The position numbers were made by a program, and so were the translations under genes. The notes under the pieces are model-generated. The model saw only the letters and a list, made by a program, of their open reading frames with translations, made no database searches and had not been told where the DNA came from. Positions 1 to 9,183 of a stretch of DNA of 64,000 nucleotides are shown here, one piece after another. This DNA comes from Methanobacteriota archaeon (GTDB lineage Archaea; Thermoplasmatota; E2; DHVEG-1). The stretch is from NCBI GenBank assembly GCA_026394495.1, contig JAPKYE010000009.1:262-64261 (forward strand). The letters are read 5' to 3'. Numbering within the stretch: the stretch's first letter is position 1; each line of letters begins with the position of its first letter.

Positions 1-235
1 AGGTTCCCTATTTTCTCAGGGATGCGTTCGTGTTCTGAATACTCTGCGATGTCTCTGAATAGTGCATGGGAGAGTTTTGATAAATCAAAGGTGAATGTGT
101 ACGACATAGTTTCATCTCCTAGTGTTGTATGTTGATTAGTGTTCTATGTTAATATAATTTGCGCTATTTTTTACGTTTATTTTATTTTTTTGTTGTTTTT
201 ATAGGGGCAGACGAAATACCGGTTATTTTCTTTGG

Positions 236-1201
236 TTATGAAAGGAAATATAGCAATGCAAATACGATGAACGGGAGTGCGATGGTTATTATCGCACCAA
301 ATCGATTCACTTGTTTTGTGTAGTCGACATCTTTCCAGTATTCTTCATCAACGTAGATTAATGTGGTTGCAAACAGTGACGCTGCGAGAAACGCGTAGAC
401 TGAGATCATGATTTTGTCGATGAGGATTATTGAAGGAAGCGCAGGTAGTGAGGATGTCTGGCTGAGATGAAACATCACTGCAGTGATCAGCATGCTTGTT
501 CCTAGACCTAGTCTGTGGGTGATTTTATCTGCTTTGAAGAAAAATGATAGACCTGAGACAACACAAAAAATGATTGGTGGGAGAAGAAGCTTCAGTGCAG
601 TAGGACCGGCCTCTCGTTCAAGTGCGATGGTAAACACGAGCTGGGAATATGTTTCATCCCAGGGGTAGTCATGGTCTGTGACATCTACGTTTGAGGATTT
701 TATCTTCCAGCCTGCGATGGAGAACTGATCATCGATTCCGACGACATTATCCATTGCATCATATGTTAAACTTGAGATATTGTATTTTGAATCCTCAATT
801 ATTATCTTCAGGTTCTGGGTGTCAAAGGGGTAGTTATTAAATTCAGGGGTGATGAACAGGTTAGCTTGTATCCGATACCATACCTCTGATGAATCATTTT
901 GATAGTTTTCGTAGATTTTTTCTTTTGAAAGCGCTCTGCCGTTCATGAATTCAAAACTTGATGGTGAAAGATTTTTATCGTCCCATGTGAACATCAAGTA
1001 GAAATCAAGTGTGTATGATCCTTTGGTGAACTCAAAATTCCCTATTGAGATCACATAAATCCCTGTGTTGATGTTGTTTGTTTCTGATGTGAAAAGTGGT
1101 TGTTCTTCTGCTGCAACAACAGGTAACATGGAAAACATGCTAAGAAGCATACTAAAGAATACACAAATGATGCCTAGTATACAGAACGGTTTTGAACGCA
1201 T
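236..1201 (-). CDS. prokaryotic pentameric ligand-gated ion channel (Cys-loop receptor) homolog
   Basis: N-terminal signal peptide, ~200-aa extracellular domain containing YPFDTQNL (matches the Cys-loop family signature [FY]PFD.Q with the Cys absent, as in GLIC/ELIC), then 4 C-terminal TM helices. Size (321 aa) matches GLIC/ELIC. Confidence 0.55.
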   Translation of the reverse strand: MRSKPFCILGIICVFFSMLLSMFSMLPVVAAEEQPLFTSETNNINTGIYVISIGNFEFTKGSYTLDFYLMFTWDDKNLSPSSFEFMNGRALSKEKIYENYQNDSSEVWYRIQANLFITPEFNNYPFDTQNLKIIIEDSKYNISSLTYDAMDNVVGIDDQFSIAGWKIKSSNVDVTDHDYPWDETYSQLVFTIALEREAGPTALKLLLPPIIFCVVSGLSFFFKADKITHRLGLGTSMLITAVMFHLSQTSSLPALPSIILIDKIMISVYAFLAASLFATTLIYVDEEYWKDVDYTKQVNRFGAIITIALPFIVFALLYFLS

Positions 1202-1300
1202 AGGAACCCAGCATAGAGCATTATTTTAAAAATCTTCTGATTAAATTTTTTTTGAGAAGATAGCAGACTTAAAGTAAGGAAACCTCATATCCTTCTTTGG

Positions 1301-2071
1301 ATGCAGAAAACCAAAACGCAGCTGTACGAACTTGTCAAAGATTTAAAAACGATTGATGAGTTTGAACACGATGTCTGCAAAAAAACTGAAGAATTCGGTG
1401 GGTTGTTTGATGAAGATATCGTTGCATTGTTGCTTGTGGATAAACTTGGGAGAAACAACCAGAGTCTGACAAATATTGCTGATGTGAAAGCGGATCTGGA
1501 ATGTACTGTTGTTGGGACAATTTCTATGCTTTATCCTGAGAAAACATTCAAACGTAAAAATGGTTCAGCGGGTAAAGTTGCGAATTTTGATCTTCGTGAT
1601 GATTCCGGCATCTGCAGACTTGTGGTATGGAATGATGACATCGAGCAAGTGAAACAATTGAAACAAGGAACGAAAGTAAAGATCATTAATGGTTATACGA
1701 AACAAGGTTTTTCTGGTCTTGAAATTCATCTTGGTCGGTGGGGATTATTGGAAATAGAACCAAAAGATGAAACAAAAAACCCAATATGTACGGTGAGTGA
1801 ATCTTCTGATAGGATCACTGGTGTTTTATTAAAAAAAGAGCCTACTCGTGCTTTTTTTAGGGATAACGGTGAGTTTGGTTTTGTCACAACTATTACAATT
1901 CAAGATGGCATGCAAGAAAAAAAACTTACGTTATGGGGGCAAAGCGTCAAAGAGATCCAGCAATTCAAAATCAATGACATGGTAGATATCACAGGTGTGA
2001 ATAGCAAACAAGTCAACGGTAAAACAGAGATTCATGTGAATGATAACAGCATAATTAAGCTGTGTGGTTAG
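1301..2071 (+). CDS. RPA-like OB-fold single-stranded DNA-binding protein (two OB folds)
   Basis: GKVANFDLRDDSGICRLVVWND and a second OB-like block (ITGVLLKKE...LTLWG). Typical of archaeal RPA OB folds. Confidence 0.5.
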   Translation: MQKTKTQLYELVKDLKTIDEFEHDVCKKTEEFGGLFDEDIVALLLVDKLGRNNQSLTNIADVKADLECTVVGTISMLYPEKTFKRKNGSAGKVANFDLRDDSGICRLVVWNDDIEQVKQLKQGTKVKIINGYTKQGFSGLEIHLGRWGLLEIEPKDETKNPICTVSESSDRITGVLLKKEPTRAFFRDNGEFGFVTTITIQDGMQEKKLTLWGQSVKEIQQFKINDMVDITGVNSKQVNGKTEIHVNDNSIIKLCG

Positions 2072-2394
2072 CAGCCGTCTTGTTCGTATTTTCTGTTGTG
2101 TTGTAGCGCGCAAAATGCTCGCTGCAGCTCTTTTCCAAGATAGATGTAGTGTTCAGGTCGCATTATTGGGACATGTGATGCGATTGTATCTCCAAGTTCT
2201 GCTGCGTTTTTTCCGCTGAACACTTTTTCTAGTTTTCCTGACACAATCTTGTTTTGTTTATACACATTTGAGTAGTATTCTACTCTGATTTCATTTTTTA
2301 TTACTTCGATAACAAAAAAACCGTTTGGGTCAAGTATCACATCTTTTTTTTGTGTTTTTTTTGCGATAATGAGTGGGATTTCGTTTTCATTCAT
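2068..2394 (-). CDS. small hypothetical protein, last gene of the mtrA-mtrH-metE-like operon
   Basis: 108-aa ORF whose start overlaps the stop of the upstream gene (translational coupling). No recognisable motif. Confidence 0.3.
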   Translation of the reverse strand: MNENEIPLIIAKKTQKKDVILDPNGFFVIEVIKNEIRVEYYSNVYKQNKIVSGKLEKVFSGKNAAELGDTIASHVPIMRPEHYIYLGKELQRAFCALQHNRKYEQDGC

Positions 2395-3283
2395 CTATTT
2401 TCCTCCGTGCCATAACAAGATTTTGTAATTTTTGGAACGCGATATTTTTTGGGAGTAATCGTTGTCCGCAATCCGGGGATACTTGGATAAGTTTTTCCCC
2501 GAAAATCTGTATTCCTTGTTTGATATGAGTCACTATTTCTTCAACGGTTTCAACGCGTGTATCGTCAGATCGGACTGATCCTAAACATATTTTTTTTTTG
2601 CAGTCATGTTCTTTGAAGGCGTTGAAGAGATGAGGTGATGCTTTGAATTCATGGGTGAGGATATCAACAGGCATATCAAGAAGCTCTGGGACAATCATTG
2701 AGACGTCACCGCAGACATGCAGCCTCGATGGGCAAGAAATATCCTTTGTGATTGTTTTGATGAGTTCATATGCATACTCCGGATAATTGATAGAAAAAAA
2801 TGGTTCATCGATGCTGATGAAATCCACAATGTGTTCTAGCTGTTGTGCTTCAGCTTTTAATGCGGATGCGAAATCAAATGCGAGTTCTTGTTCATTGTGG
2901 TAGAATTGATCTACACAAGATTTCATGAGCGTATAAGGGCCTGTGAGCACGCCAACAAGTTCTTTTCCTTTTGGAAGAAGCGTTTTTACGTACTTTTGGT
3001 CATCAATGGTAATAGGATTAGCGTACGTTATTTTACCGATGATCTCTGTGCGATCACGAATACGACACCCCTGTAGTTTTCTTGTGAAAATCTGGATGAA
3101 TGGATCCCTTGTTTGTCCATCGGAGACGCAAGTAATACCTGCGGTGATCATGTCGTGTACTGCCTCGTCGATATACTTGTTCCAGGTGATGTTATGTTGA
3201 TCAAAATAACTGTTCATAAGATCCATCGTATTAACAGAAACCGGGTATGATCCTATCACCGATGTTTTAAGGTTGGTGTTCAT
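2387..3283 (-). CDS. core-MetE-like methyltransferase (URO-D / cobalamin-independent methionine synthase superfamily; could be MtaA/MtbA-like)
   Basis: ~300 aa with SVIGSYP near the N-terminus, ISIDEPFF and LHVCGD blocks reminiscent of the MetE C-terminal catalytic domain and its zinc ligands. ATGA start/stop overlap with the mtrH-like gene. Confidence 0.5.
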   Translation of the reverse strand: MNTNLKTSVIGSYPVSVNTMDLMNSYFDQHNITWNKYIDEAVHDMITAGITCVSDGQTRDPFIQIFTRKLQGCRIRDRTEIIGKITYANPITIDDQKYVKTLLPKGKELVGVLTGPYTLMKSCVDQFYHNEQELAFDFASALKAEAQQLEHIVDFISIDEPFFSINYPEYAYELIKTITKDISCPSRLHVCGDVSMIVPELLDMPVDILTHEFKASPHLFNAFKEHDCKKKICLGSVRSDDTRVETVEEIVTHIKQGIQIFGEKLIQVSPDCGQRLLPKNIAFQKLQNLVMARRKIDE

Positions 3284-4182
3284 TGGAATAGTTTCCTCCG
3301 AGGATGAGAGTCACTAGGATTTACCCCGAAATAGTTTTCTGTGTATTCTGATATGAGGATGTCATACCAGGCTATGATCGGAAACACGGCTTCTGCGTGT
3401 TCAATTGGGCCGAAGATCGCGAAATCTCCTCCAAACAAGGGGATGCTTGCGTTCGATGAGGCATCAACCGATTTTTTTGCAGTTGGGAATTGTTGGAGCC
3501 ATTTTGATTTTTCTACGACGTTATGTATTGCGCAGCCGGTGGGAAGACCGTATTCTTCTTTGATGACTGGTATTGCTGCGATTGCGGCGCCGCTGTTTTC
3601 TCCTGGTGCGAGTGCTGCGGTGTCAACAAGTATTTTTTTGATGCCGAGACTGTATGCTATTTGGAGTAATCCTTGGTCGGTGAGGTGTGCACCGTTTTCG
3701 AGGACCTCGATTTTTCCATCTGGTGAACGGTCTTTGGGGTTGAAGGCAACAATGATTGCAGCTGCGGGAGGATGTTGTTGTAAAGCAAATCGTTCTTGTG
3801 GGGTAATCCCAATATGGATCGAGTTGTAGATGGTTCGATCTAGAAGGTTTTTTTGATGAAGAAGCTCTAGGGTTTTTATTTTGATTGCTGAATCGATGAT
3901 GTCGACGCAGAACGGTTGGGTTCGTGGGAGCGATGTTTCGATGAAGGTGATGATGTCTTGGAGGTAGTCTTCTTTTTTTATGAAGAAATCAGGGATTGCT
4001 GGGTTACCGGTTTTTTTACTGAGATGCATCATGGTTTGTAGGTGTTGTTCTGCGAAGTCATAGTCTGGTGCTCCTTTGAAAAACAGGCCGCCGATGAGTG
4101 TTGTTGGATTTTTGCCTGGTTGTCCGCCGATGTGTATTCCAGATATTTCTAATGTTTGTTGTTCTTTGGTGAATGAAAACAT
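3280..4182 (-). CDS. mtrH: MtrH-like pterin-binding methyltransferase (tetrahydromethanopterin S-methyltransferase subunit H homolog)
   Basis: N-terminus MFSFTKEQQTLEISGIHIGGQPGKNPTTLIGGLFF closely parallels the MtrH N-terminus (MF.F.KEQ...I.G...GGQPGE.PT.L.G). ~300 aa, as for MtrH. Confidence 0.7.
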   Translation of the reverse strand: MFSFTKEQQTLEISGIHIGGQPGKNPTTLIGGLFFKGAPDYDFAEQHLQTMMHLSKKTGNPAIPDFFIKKEDYLQDIITFIETSLPRTQPFCVDIIDSAIKIKTLELLHQKNLLDRTIYNSIHIGITPQERFALQQHPPAAAIIVAFNPKDRSPDGKIEVLENGAHLTDQGLLQIAYSLGIKKILVDTAALAPGENSGAAIAAIPVIKEEYGLPTGCAIHNVVEKSKWLQQFPTAKKSVDASSNASIPLFGGDFAIFGPIEHAEAVFPIIAWYDILISEYTENYFGVNPSDSHPRRKLFQ

Positions 4183-4187
4183 AGTTT

Positions 4188-4754
4188 TTATCCTCTCTTT
4201 TTTACTTTTCCCCTGTAATTGATTGTTATTTTTGAATGTAATGCTCGTTTGTCATTTATCGATATTTGTGTTTCTGGTTTGATGCGAATAGCGATGTATG
4301 GTTCTCCGAATGGTTGTGTCGTCTTCGCTGTATATTGATGGATGAGTGTAGTAATTTTTTTGGTGTCATGTTCGCCGATTAAATCAACGATTTCTATTTG
4401 TTGTTGGAATCGTTGTAAGGCGTTTTGGTCAAGGTTTTCGATGTAGGGGATTGCTCCTGGTGCATCGATGATTTTATGTTGTTCGTCGATACCGTTTTTA
4501 TGAAGGGCGATAAGGGATGATCCGGAGCGATGCCCGCGTATGTCTTCGCCGCAGAGGAAAAGAAAGCGTATGTGTGGGTTTGAGATTACGTTTGCGATGA
4601 TTTTTTCGATACCAATGTTTTCTGTTTTAAGTGATCCATAGATTGCAACAGTTTCTGGTGGCGTGTAGTTTATAGTGAGCAGGACAACTGCGACAGAGCC
4701 ATCTGGTGTGCATGCGGTGAAGTCTCCGCCCCAGGGGTAGTATTCGGTGTTCAT
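4188..4754 (-). CDS. mtrA: MtrA-like corrinoid-binding protein (soluble, no C-terminal TM anchor)
   Basis: TENIGIEKIIANVISNPHIRFLFLCGEDIRGH matches the conserved MtrA cobamide-binding region ([32 protein letters not shown]). Confidence 0.65.
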   Translation of the reverse strand: MNTEYYPWGGDFTACTPDGSVAVVLLTINYTPPETVAIYGSLKTENIGIEKIIANVISNPHIRFLFLCGEDIRGHRSGSSLIALHKNGIDEQHKIIDAPGAIPYIENLDQNALQRFQQQIEIVDLIGEHDTKKITTLIHQYTAKTTQPFGEPYIAIRIKPETQISINDKRALHSKITINYRGKVKKRG

Positions 4755-4930
4755 GTGTTCTCCTCGTTTGATTGTTCTTCCTTGATTTGATTGTTTGTAA
4801 CTGGTTTGTTCATTTTAACTTTATCACGAAAATACATGGTTGGGGTATACTTTTGAGACAATCCCAATGAATAGTTTCGTTGACCTCCTGTATTTTGGTT
4901 TAAGTAGTTTGATGGCTCTTCTTGGTTTGT

Positions 4931-5014
4931 GGAAGCCTAACCGGACGGATCTCTCACGGTGACCTGTGAGAGACCTTTTTTTCTCCTCCTCGGATCCCAC
5001 CGTCCGGCTTCTCC
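4931..5014. other. nested inverted-repeat structured element (possible small RNA or terminator-like hairpin)
   Basis: Inner 8-bp stem TCTCTCAC/GTGAGAGA (4950-4957 / 4966-4973) followed by CCTTTTTTT. Enclosed by outer stem CCGGACGG (4941-4948) / CCGTCCGG (5000-5007) and GGAAG/CTTCT. Lies in the intergenic region between divergent mtrA-like and DUF1858 genes. Confidence 0.3.
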
Positions 5015-5088
5015 TCACCTCAGGTACTGAAGATACTAAGTATTATATGGTTGATGTTTATACCGACCATTACATAGAGGTGAATCAT

Positions 5089-5298
5089 ATGGCAAAAGAT
5101 AAAATTACGGAAGATATGACGATTCGTGAGGTCATTGATAAATACCCGGAGACCGCAATGGTATTCTCAAAGTATAATGTTGGGTGTATCGGTTGTTTGG
5201 CTGCGTCGTTTGAAAAAGTGAAAGATATCGCCGGGGTTCATGGGATTGATCTGAAAGCCTTGGTGAAGGATTTGAACAAAGCAGTCCCAACAAAATAA
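5089..5298 (+). CDS. DUF1858-type small redox-associated protein
   Basis: 70 aa (MAKDKITEDMTIREVIDKYPETAMVFSKYNVGCIGC...) typical of the DUF1858 domain. GAGGTGA Shine-Dalgarno 8 nt upstream of the ATG at 5089. The tracked ORF from 4966 starts on GTG inside the hairpin and is probably too long. Confidence 0.5.
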   Translation: MAKDKITEDMTIREVIDKYPETAMVFSKYNVGCIGCLAASFEKVKDIAGVHGIDLKALVKDLNKAVPTK

Positions 5299-5312
5299 TA
5301 ATTTTTCTTTTT

Positions 5313-5723
5313 TTATGGCGATCTTGTCGTGATGACAAGTTCACCATGTTTTATTCCTTTCATTGCGGTGATGGTATCAGCGAGTTTTTGGAGGTTTCCT
5401 GTTTTTCCTTTGAGTACGAGTACTTCAAGACATGTGTCATGGTCGATGTGGATGTGTGTTGTGGTGAGTATTTCTTCGTGGTGGTCATGTTGGATATTAA
5501 GGAGTTTTGTGGTGAGTGGTCCAGAGTGGTGGTCGTAGATCATGGTGAGTGTTCCGATTGCCTCGGTGTGTGGATCTTTTGTTCGGTCAGAAATGAGGTG
5601 TTTTCGGATGAGGTCGCGTATTGCTTCTGAGCGGTTGGTGTATCCTTTCTTTTTGATGATGTTGTCAAAGTGGGTGAGGAGTTCTGGTTCTATGGAGACG
5701 CCGAAACGTGTAATGTTTTCCAT
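5313..5723 (-). CDS. nikR: nickel-responsive regulator NikR
   Basis: N-terminal ribbon-helix-helix (MENITRFGVSIEPELLTHFDNIIKKKGYTNRSEAIRDLIR) plus a C-terminal His/Cys-rich Ni-binding domain (HDHHEEILTTTHIHIDHDTC). Start moved to the internal MENI Met (ATG at 5723), giving ~136 aa as for NikR. Confidence 0.8.
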   Translation of the reverse strand: MENITRFGVSIEPELLTHFDNIIKKKGYTNRSEAIRDLIRKHLISDRTKDPHTEAIGTLTMIYDHHSGPLTTKLLNIQHDHHEEILTTTHIHIDHDTCLEVLVLKGKTGNLQKLADTITAMKGIKHGELVITTRSP

Positions 5724-5802
5724 GGGTAACACAACAACCAGATAATCGTGGCACGAATTTAAATTTTTTGTTACCACAAAGTATAAATCATATTTTCCAT
5801 TA

Positions 5803-6123
5803 TTGGGGTACCGGAGGTACAAAAGTATGGTTTGTTACGCAGTCCCAGCAGTGGCGGCATTGATCCATTATACATCAAGAAAAAAAGTCAAAGCCTTCAA
5901 ATATAATGTACATCACCTATGGCTTAACTTACTCTTGACTGGCGGAGCGCTTTTTGGTATCGTAGATCATCTCTGGAATGGTGAACTGTTTCTCATCGGA
6001 CCAAACATCGCTACCGATCTGTTACTTGGAACCACGATCACTATTGTGATATTTGTGATGTGGGTCGCTATGGTTTTCTTTGATAAAACAACAAAAAAAT
6101 CACCATTGAAAACCCCTCAATAA
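5803..6123 (+). CDS. small membrane protein (about 3 TM, His-containing)
   Basis: Hydrophobic segments. Divergent from nikR. No recognisable motif. Confidence 0.3.
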   Translation: MGYRRYKSMVCYAVPAVAALIHYTSRKKVKAFKYNVHHLWLNLLLTGGALFGIVDHLWNGELFLIGPNIATDLLLGTTITIVIFVMWVAMVFFDKTTKKSPLKTPQ

Positions 6124-6127
6124 ACAT

Positions 6128-6883
6128 CTACTTTTTTCTTTTTTTATCCTTTTTATGTGATTCTTTCTGATAAAGTTCCCCAAGAAAAACACGTAATAAA
6201 TTCGGGTATTCGCTTGGTATCTTCCCAGCACCATATCCTATTTTTTGAATCTTTAAAAGAGGCATGGTGCTGAAATGATCAGTGATTGTTGTGATGATTG
6301 CTGCGCCTGTTGGTGTAACTAGTTCTTGCTGTCGTTCGTCAGAATATATGGGGATTCCTTTCACGAGTTCAACAGTCGCTGGAGCGGGAATCGGTAGAAT
6401 GCCATGTGCGCAGGAAATAAATCCTCGACCCATGGGAAGCGGAGAACAAAAAATCTGATCAATTCCTAATGTATTAATGCCGATGGTTGATCCGACGATG
6501 TCGATGATTGCATCGACTGCGCCAACCTCGTGGAAATGAACGTCTTCGATGTCGATGTTATGAACAATGCTTTCTGCTTTTGCGAGATTCTGAAAGATGT
6601 CTTTACTTGTTTTTTTTATTTCTGTGTTGAGTGTGCTTTTGTTAATCAGTTTTGTGATATCTGAGAGACTACGATGATCATGTGCATCTTCGATATCTAT
6701 AATGATATTGGTTCCTGCGATATGATTATATTTTATTTTCTCAGTTGTAATGGTGTATCCTTTGAGATCAAGTTTTTTTAGTTCTTTGCGTAATATTGAT
6801 ATATTGAACCCTGCATCGATGAGTGCACCAAGAATCATGTCTCCTGCAATCCCTGAGAAACAATCAAAATACGCTATCGTCAT
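6128..6883 (-). CDS. larC: LarC-like nickel insertion protein, N-terminal (LarC1/DUF111) part only
   Basis: MTIAYFDCFSGIAGDMILGAL matches the characteristic LarC N-terminus. Only 251 aa, with no LarC2 C-terminal domain detected downstream. Confidence 0.6.
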   Translation of the reverse strand: MTIAYFDCFSGIAGDMILGALIDAGFNISILRKELKKLDLKGYTITTEKIKYNHIAGTNIIIDIEDAHDHRSLSDITKLINKSTLNTEIKKTSKDIFQNLAKAESIVHNIDIEDVHFHEVGAVDAIIDIVGSTIGINTLGIDQIFCSPLPMGRGFISCAHGILPIPAPATVELVKGIPIYSDERQQELVTPTGAAIITTITDHFSTMPLLKIQKIGYGAGKIPSEYPNLLRVFLGELYQKESHKKDKKRKK

Positions 6884-6892
6884 AGTTTTTTT

Positions 6893-7621
6893 TCACCTGT
6901 TGATGAGGCTTGCGAAATATCCGGCGCCAAAACCGTTATCTATGTTCACGACAACGACTCCTTCTGCGCAACAATTAAGCATGGTGAGTAATGGTGCAAC
7001 GCCTTTGAAGCTTGCTCCGTATCCGATGCTTGTGGGTACTGCGATGACTGGTTTGTCGGTGAGTCCGCCGACGATACTTGCGAGTGCGCCTTCCATGCCT
7101 GCGACGACGATGACTACTGATGCTTTTCTGAGTTTTTCTTGAACGTCAAGGATGCGATGTACGCCAGCAACGCCGACATCATAGATTTTCTCAACCTTGT
7201 TTCCCATGATTTCCGCAGTCTCGACTGCTTCTTCTGCAACCGGTATGTCTGATGTTCCTGCGGTGACAATTAGGATTGTTCCTTTTTTGTTTTTTACTGG
7301 TTCACGTTTGATGGTAATGGTTTTTGCTTGTGGATTATACCTGGCATCGGGGTAAATTTTTTTCACTGCGTTGTACATGGTTTGGTTTGCTTTTGTGGCA
7401 AGGATGTTTTGATGATGTTGTGATAATGAGGACATGATTGCAAGGATTTGTTGTGTTGTTTTTCCCTGGCAGAATATGGTTTCCGGAAATCCCTTGCGCA
7501 TGGTTCGGTGGGTATCGATTTTTGCAAACCCGAGATCGTGATATGGTAATTTCTGCATCGCCTCAAGTACTTCGTTAAGGCTGCGTTTTCCAGCTTTATA
7601 GTCCTGTAACAGTTTTTTCAT
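6893..7621 (-). CDS. larB: LarB-like (PurE-family) nickel-pincer cofactor biosynthesis carboxylase/hydrolase
   Basis: PurE-like core (ILIVTAGTSDIPVAEE ... VVAGMEGALASIVGGL) with the ~100-aa N-terminal extension typical of LarB. Confidence 0.7.
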   Translation of the reverse strand: MKKLLQDYKAGKRSLNEVLEAMQKLPYHDLGFAKIDTHRTMRKGFPETIFCQGKTTQQILAIMSSLSQHHQNILATKANQTMYNAVKKIYPDARYNPQAKTITIKREPVKNKKGTILIVTAGTSDIPVAEEAVETAEIMGNKVEKIYDVGVAGVHRILDVQEKLRKASVVIVVAGMEGALASIVGGLTDKPVIAVPTSIGYGASFKGVAPLLTMLNCCAEGVVVVNIDNGFGAGYFASLINR

Positions 7622-8426
7622 GAATTATTCCTTCGTTTAATCGTCCTGATCTGAACCCTTCTAAATCAAGAGTGATGTAGTGAAATCCAAGACGTTTGAA
7701 TTGTTGTATGATTTCTTTTGAATGTGTGTGTATCAATTCAAAATCTTTTGGTTCTACTTCGATGCGAGCTGTGTCGTTGTGGTAGCGGACGCGGACTTGA
7801 TGGACGCCGAGATCCCAGAGAATATCTTCTGCGTCTTCGATCATGCGGAGTCGTTCTTTTGTGATTTTGGTGTTGTAGGGGAATCGTGATGCAAGACAGG
7901 CAAGCGCTGGTTTATTCCAGGTTGGGAGATGCATTGTTTTTGAGAGGTCGCGTATTTCCTGTTTTGTGAGTTTTACGTCAACAAGCGGTGTATGTATTTT
8001 GAGTTCTTCTAATGCTTTTCTCCCGGGTCGGTAATCATTGAGATCGTCGAGGTTGCTTGAATCAAGCACAAAGGGGATGTGTTCTTGTTGTGCGATTTTT
8101 TTTATTTGTTTGTATAATTCTTTTTTGCAGTAATAGCAGCGGTTGACTGGGTTTTTTTTAAATTTCTTCATATCGTTGATATCGAGTTCAATGGTGCGAT
8201 GAGAGATGCCAAGGGATTGTGCGAAGTGTTGTGCATCCTTTGATTCTTTTTGTGGATAGGTTGCTGAAATCGCGGTTATAGCAAGAACATTTTTTCCTAA
8301 GGTGTCAGAGGCGACTTTTAAAAGAAAAGAGCTATCAACTCCTCCGGAGAATCCAATTGCAACTTTTTGCATTTGGCATAGGTTTTTTTTCAACTGTTTA
8401 AGTTTATCCAAAGAAGTAGCTCCCAC
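7596..8426 (-). CDS. larE: LarE-like PP-loop ATP-dependent sulfur transferase
   Basis: PP-loop SGGVDSS and conserved CLASR cysteine block. ~270 aa. Overlaps larB by 26 nt. Confidence 0.7.
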   Translation of the reverse strand: MGATSLDKLKQLKKNLCQMQKVAIGFSGGVDSSFLLKVASDTLGKNVLAITAISATYPQKESKDAQHFAQSLGISHRTIELDINDMKKFKKNPVNRCYYCKKELYKQIKKIAQQEHIPFVLDSSNLDDLNDYRPGRKALEELKIHTPLVDVKLTKQEIRDLSKTMHLPTWNKPALACLASRFPYNTKITKERLRMIEDAEDILWDLGVHQVRVRYHNDTARIEVEPKDFELIHTHSKEIIQQFKRLGFHYITLDLEGFRSGRLNEGIIHEKTVTGL

Positions 8427-8651
8427 AATGCATAGGAGAGAACATCGTGTATATAATGATTATTGGAAAAAGTTAGAAAAAAATAAAGAAAAACACTTCT
8501 CAGTGTACCATTATTCCAAGAGTGGCTTAGGAATATATTCCTTGAAAGACCTTTGAAAAACCAGAGTTATGGGGCGAAGTTAAAAAAGAGGATAAGACAT
8601 TATAATCTTAATATGCTGAATTAAAAAAAGAAGAAAAGAAAAAGAAAAATT

Positions 8652-8843
8652 TTATTTCTTTTTCAGATATGGTAATTTAGTTCGTTTGTTAACACCAGTT
8701 GTATACCCATCTGGCATATCGCAGGGTTTGCCACTTTTTGGTTTGTTTCCTGCTTTGCAAAAAAAGTATATTTTCTGGTTTCTTCCGCCTTTCAATTCGA
8801 CTTCGCGTGTATGTAGGACATACCCATCTTTTTCAAATGCCAT
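8652..8843 (-). CDS. small lysine-rich hypothetical protein (63 aa from the internal Met)
   Basis: GAGGA Shine-Dalgarno upstream of the ATG at 8843. No motif recognised. Confidence 0.2.
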   Translation of the reverse strand: MAFEKDGYVLHTREVELKGGRNQKIYFFCKAGNKPKSGKPCDMPDGYTTGVNKRTKLPYLKKK

Positions 8844-9183
8844 ATTTTTTTCCTCGGAGTAGCGTAAGGGATGAATATTATATAAATGTTCCCTGACCGA
8901 AGGTAACTCAGTGACTACCTGCACAAAAAAAAGGGTGGTTTATATGTATACGTTTTTAATGAGAGAGCCAACGGGGTAAAAACTCTTAGAGTGATATGGA
9001 ATAAAAGTCCGGATTACTACCTTTTAATTAAAAAAGAGGGATGTGTCGTTCCTAATTATGTGATGTGTTTACAAAATACAAAAAAATCAAAAAATATATT
9101 CCTTAGAACTTGCCTCATTATACTATATGTTGGCGAATATTGTTTATCTTGAGGAAAAAAGGATGTTTTTTTATGAAAAATTT

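Noticed and set aside
3341-3829. 162-aa plus-strand ORF
   Set aside because: Antisense to the well-supported mtrH-like gene.
4824-5018. 64-aa Arg/Lys-rich minus-strand ORF over the hairpin element
   Set aside because: Overlaps the nested inverted repeats. Composition looks like a translation artefact of GC-rich stem sequence.
6750-7142. 130-aa plus-strand ORF spanning the larC/larB junction
   Set aside because: Antisense to two confident genes. No motifs.
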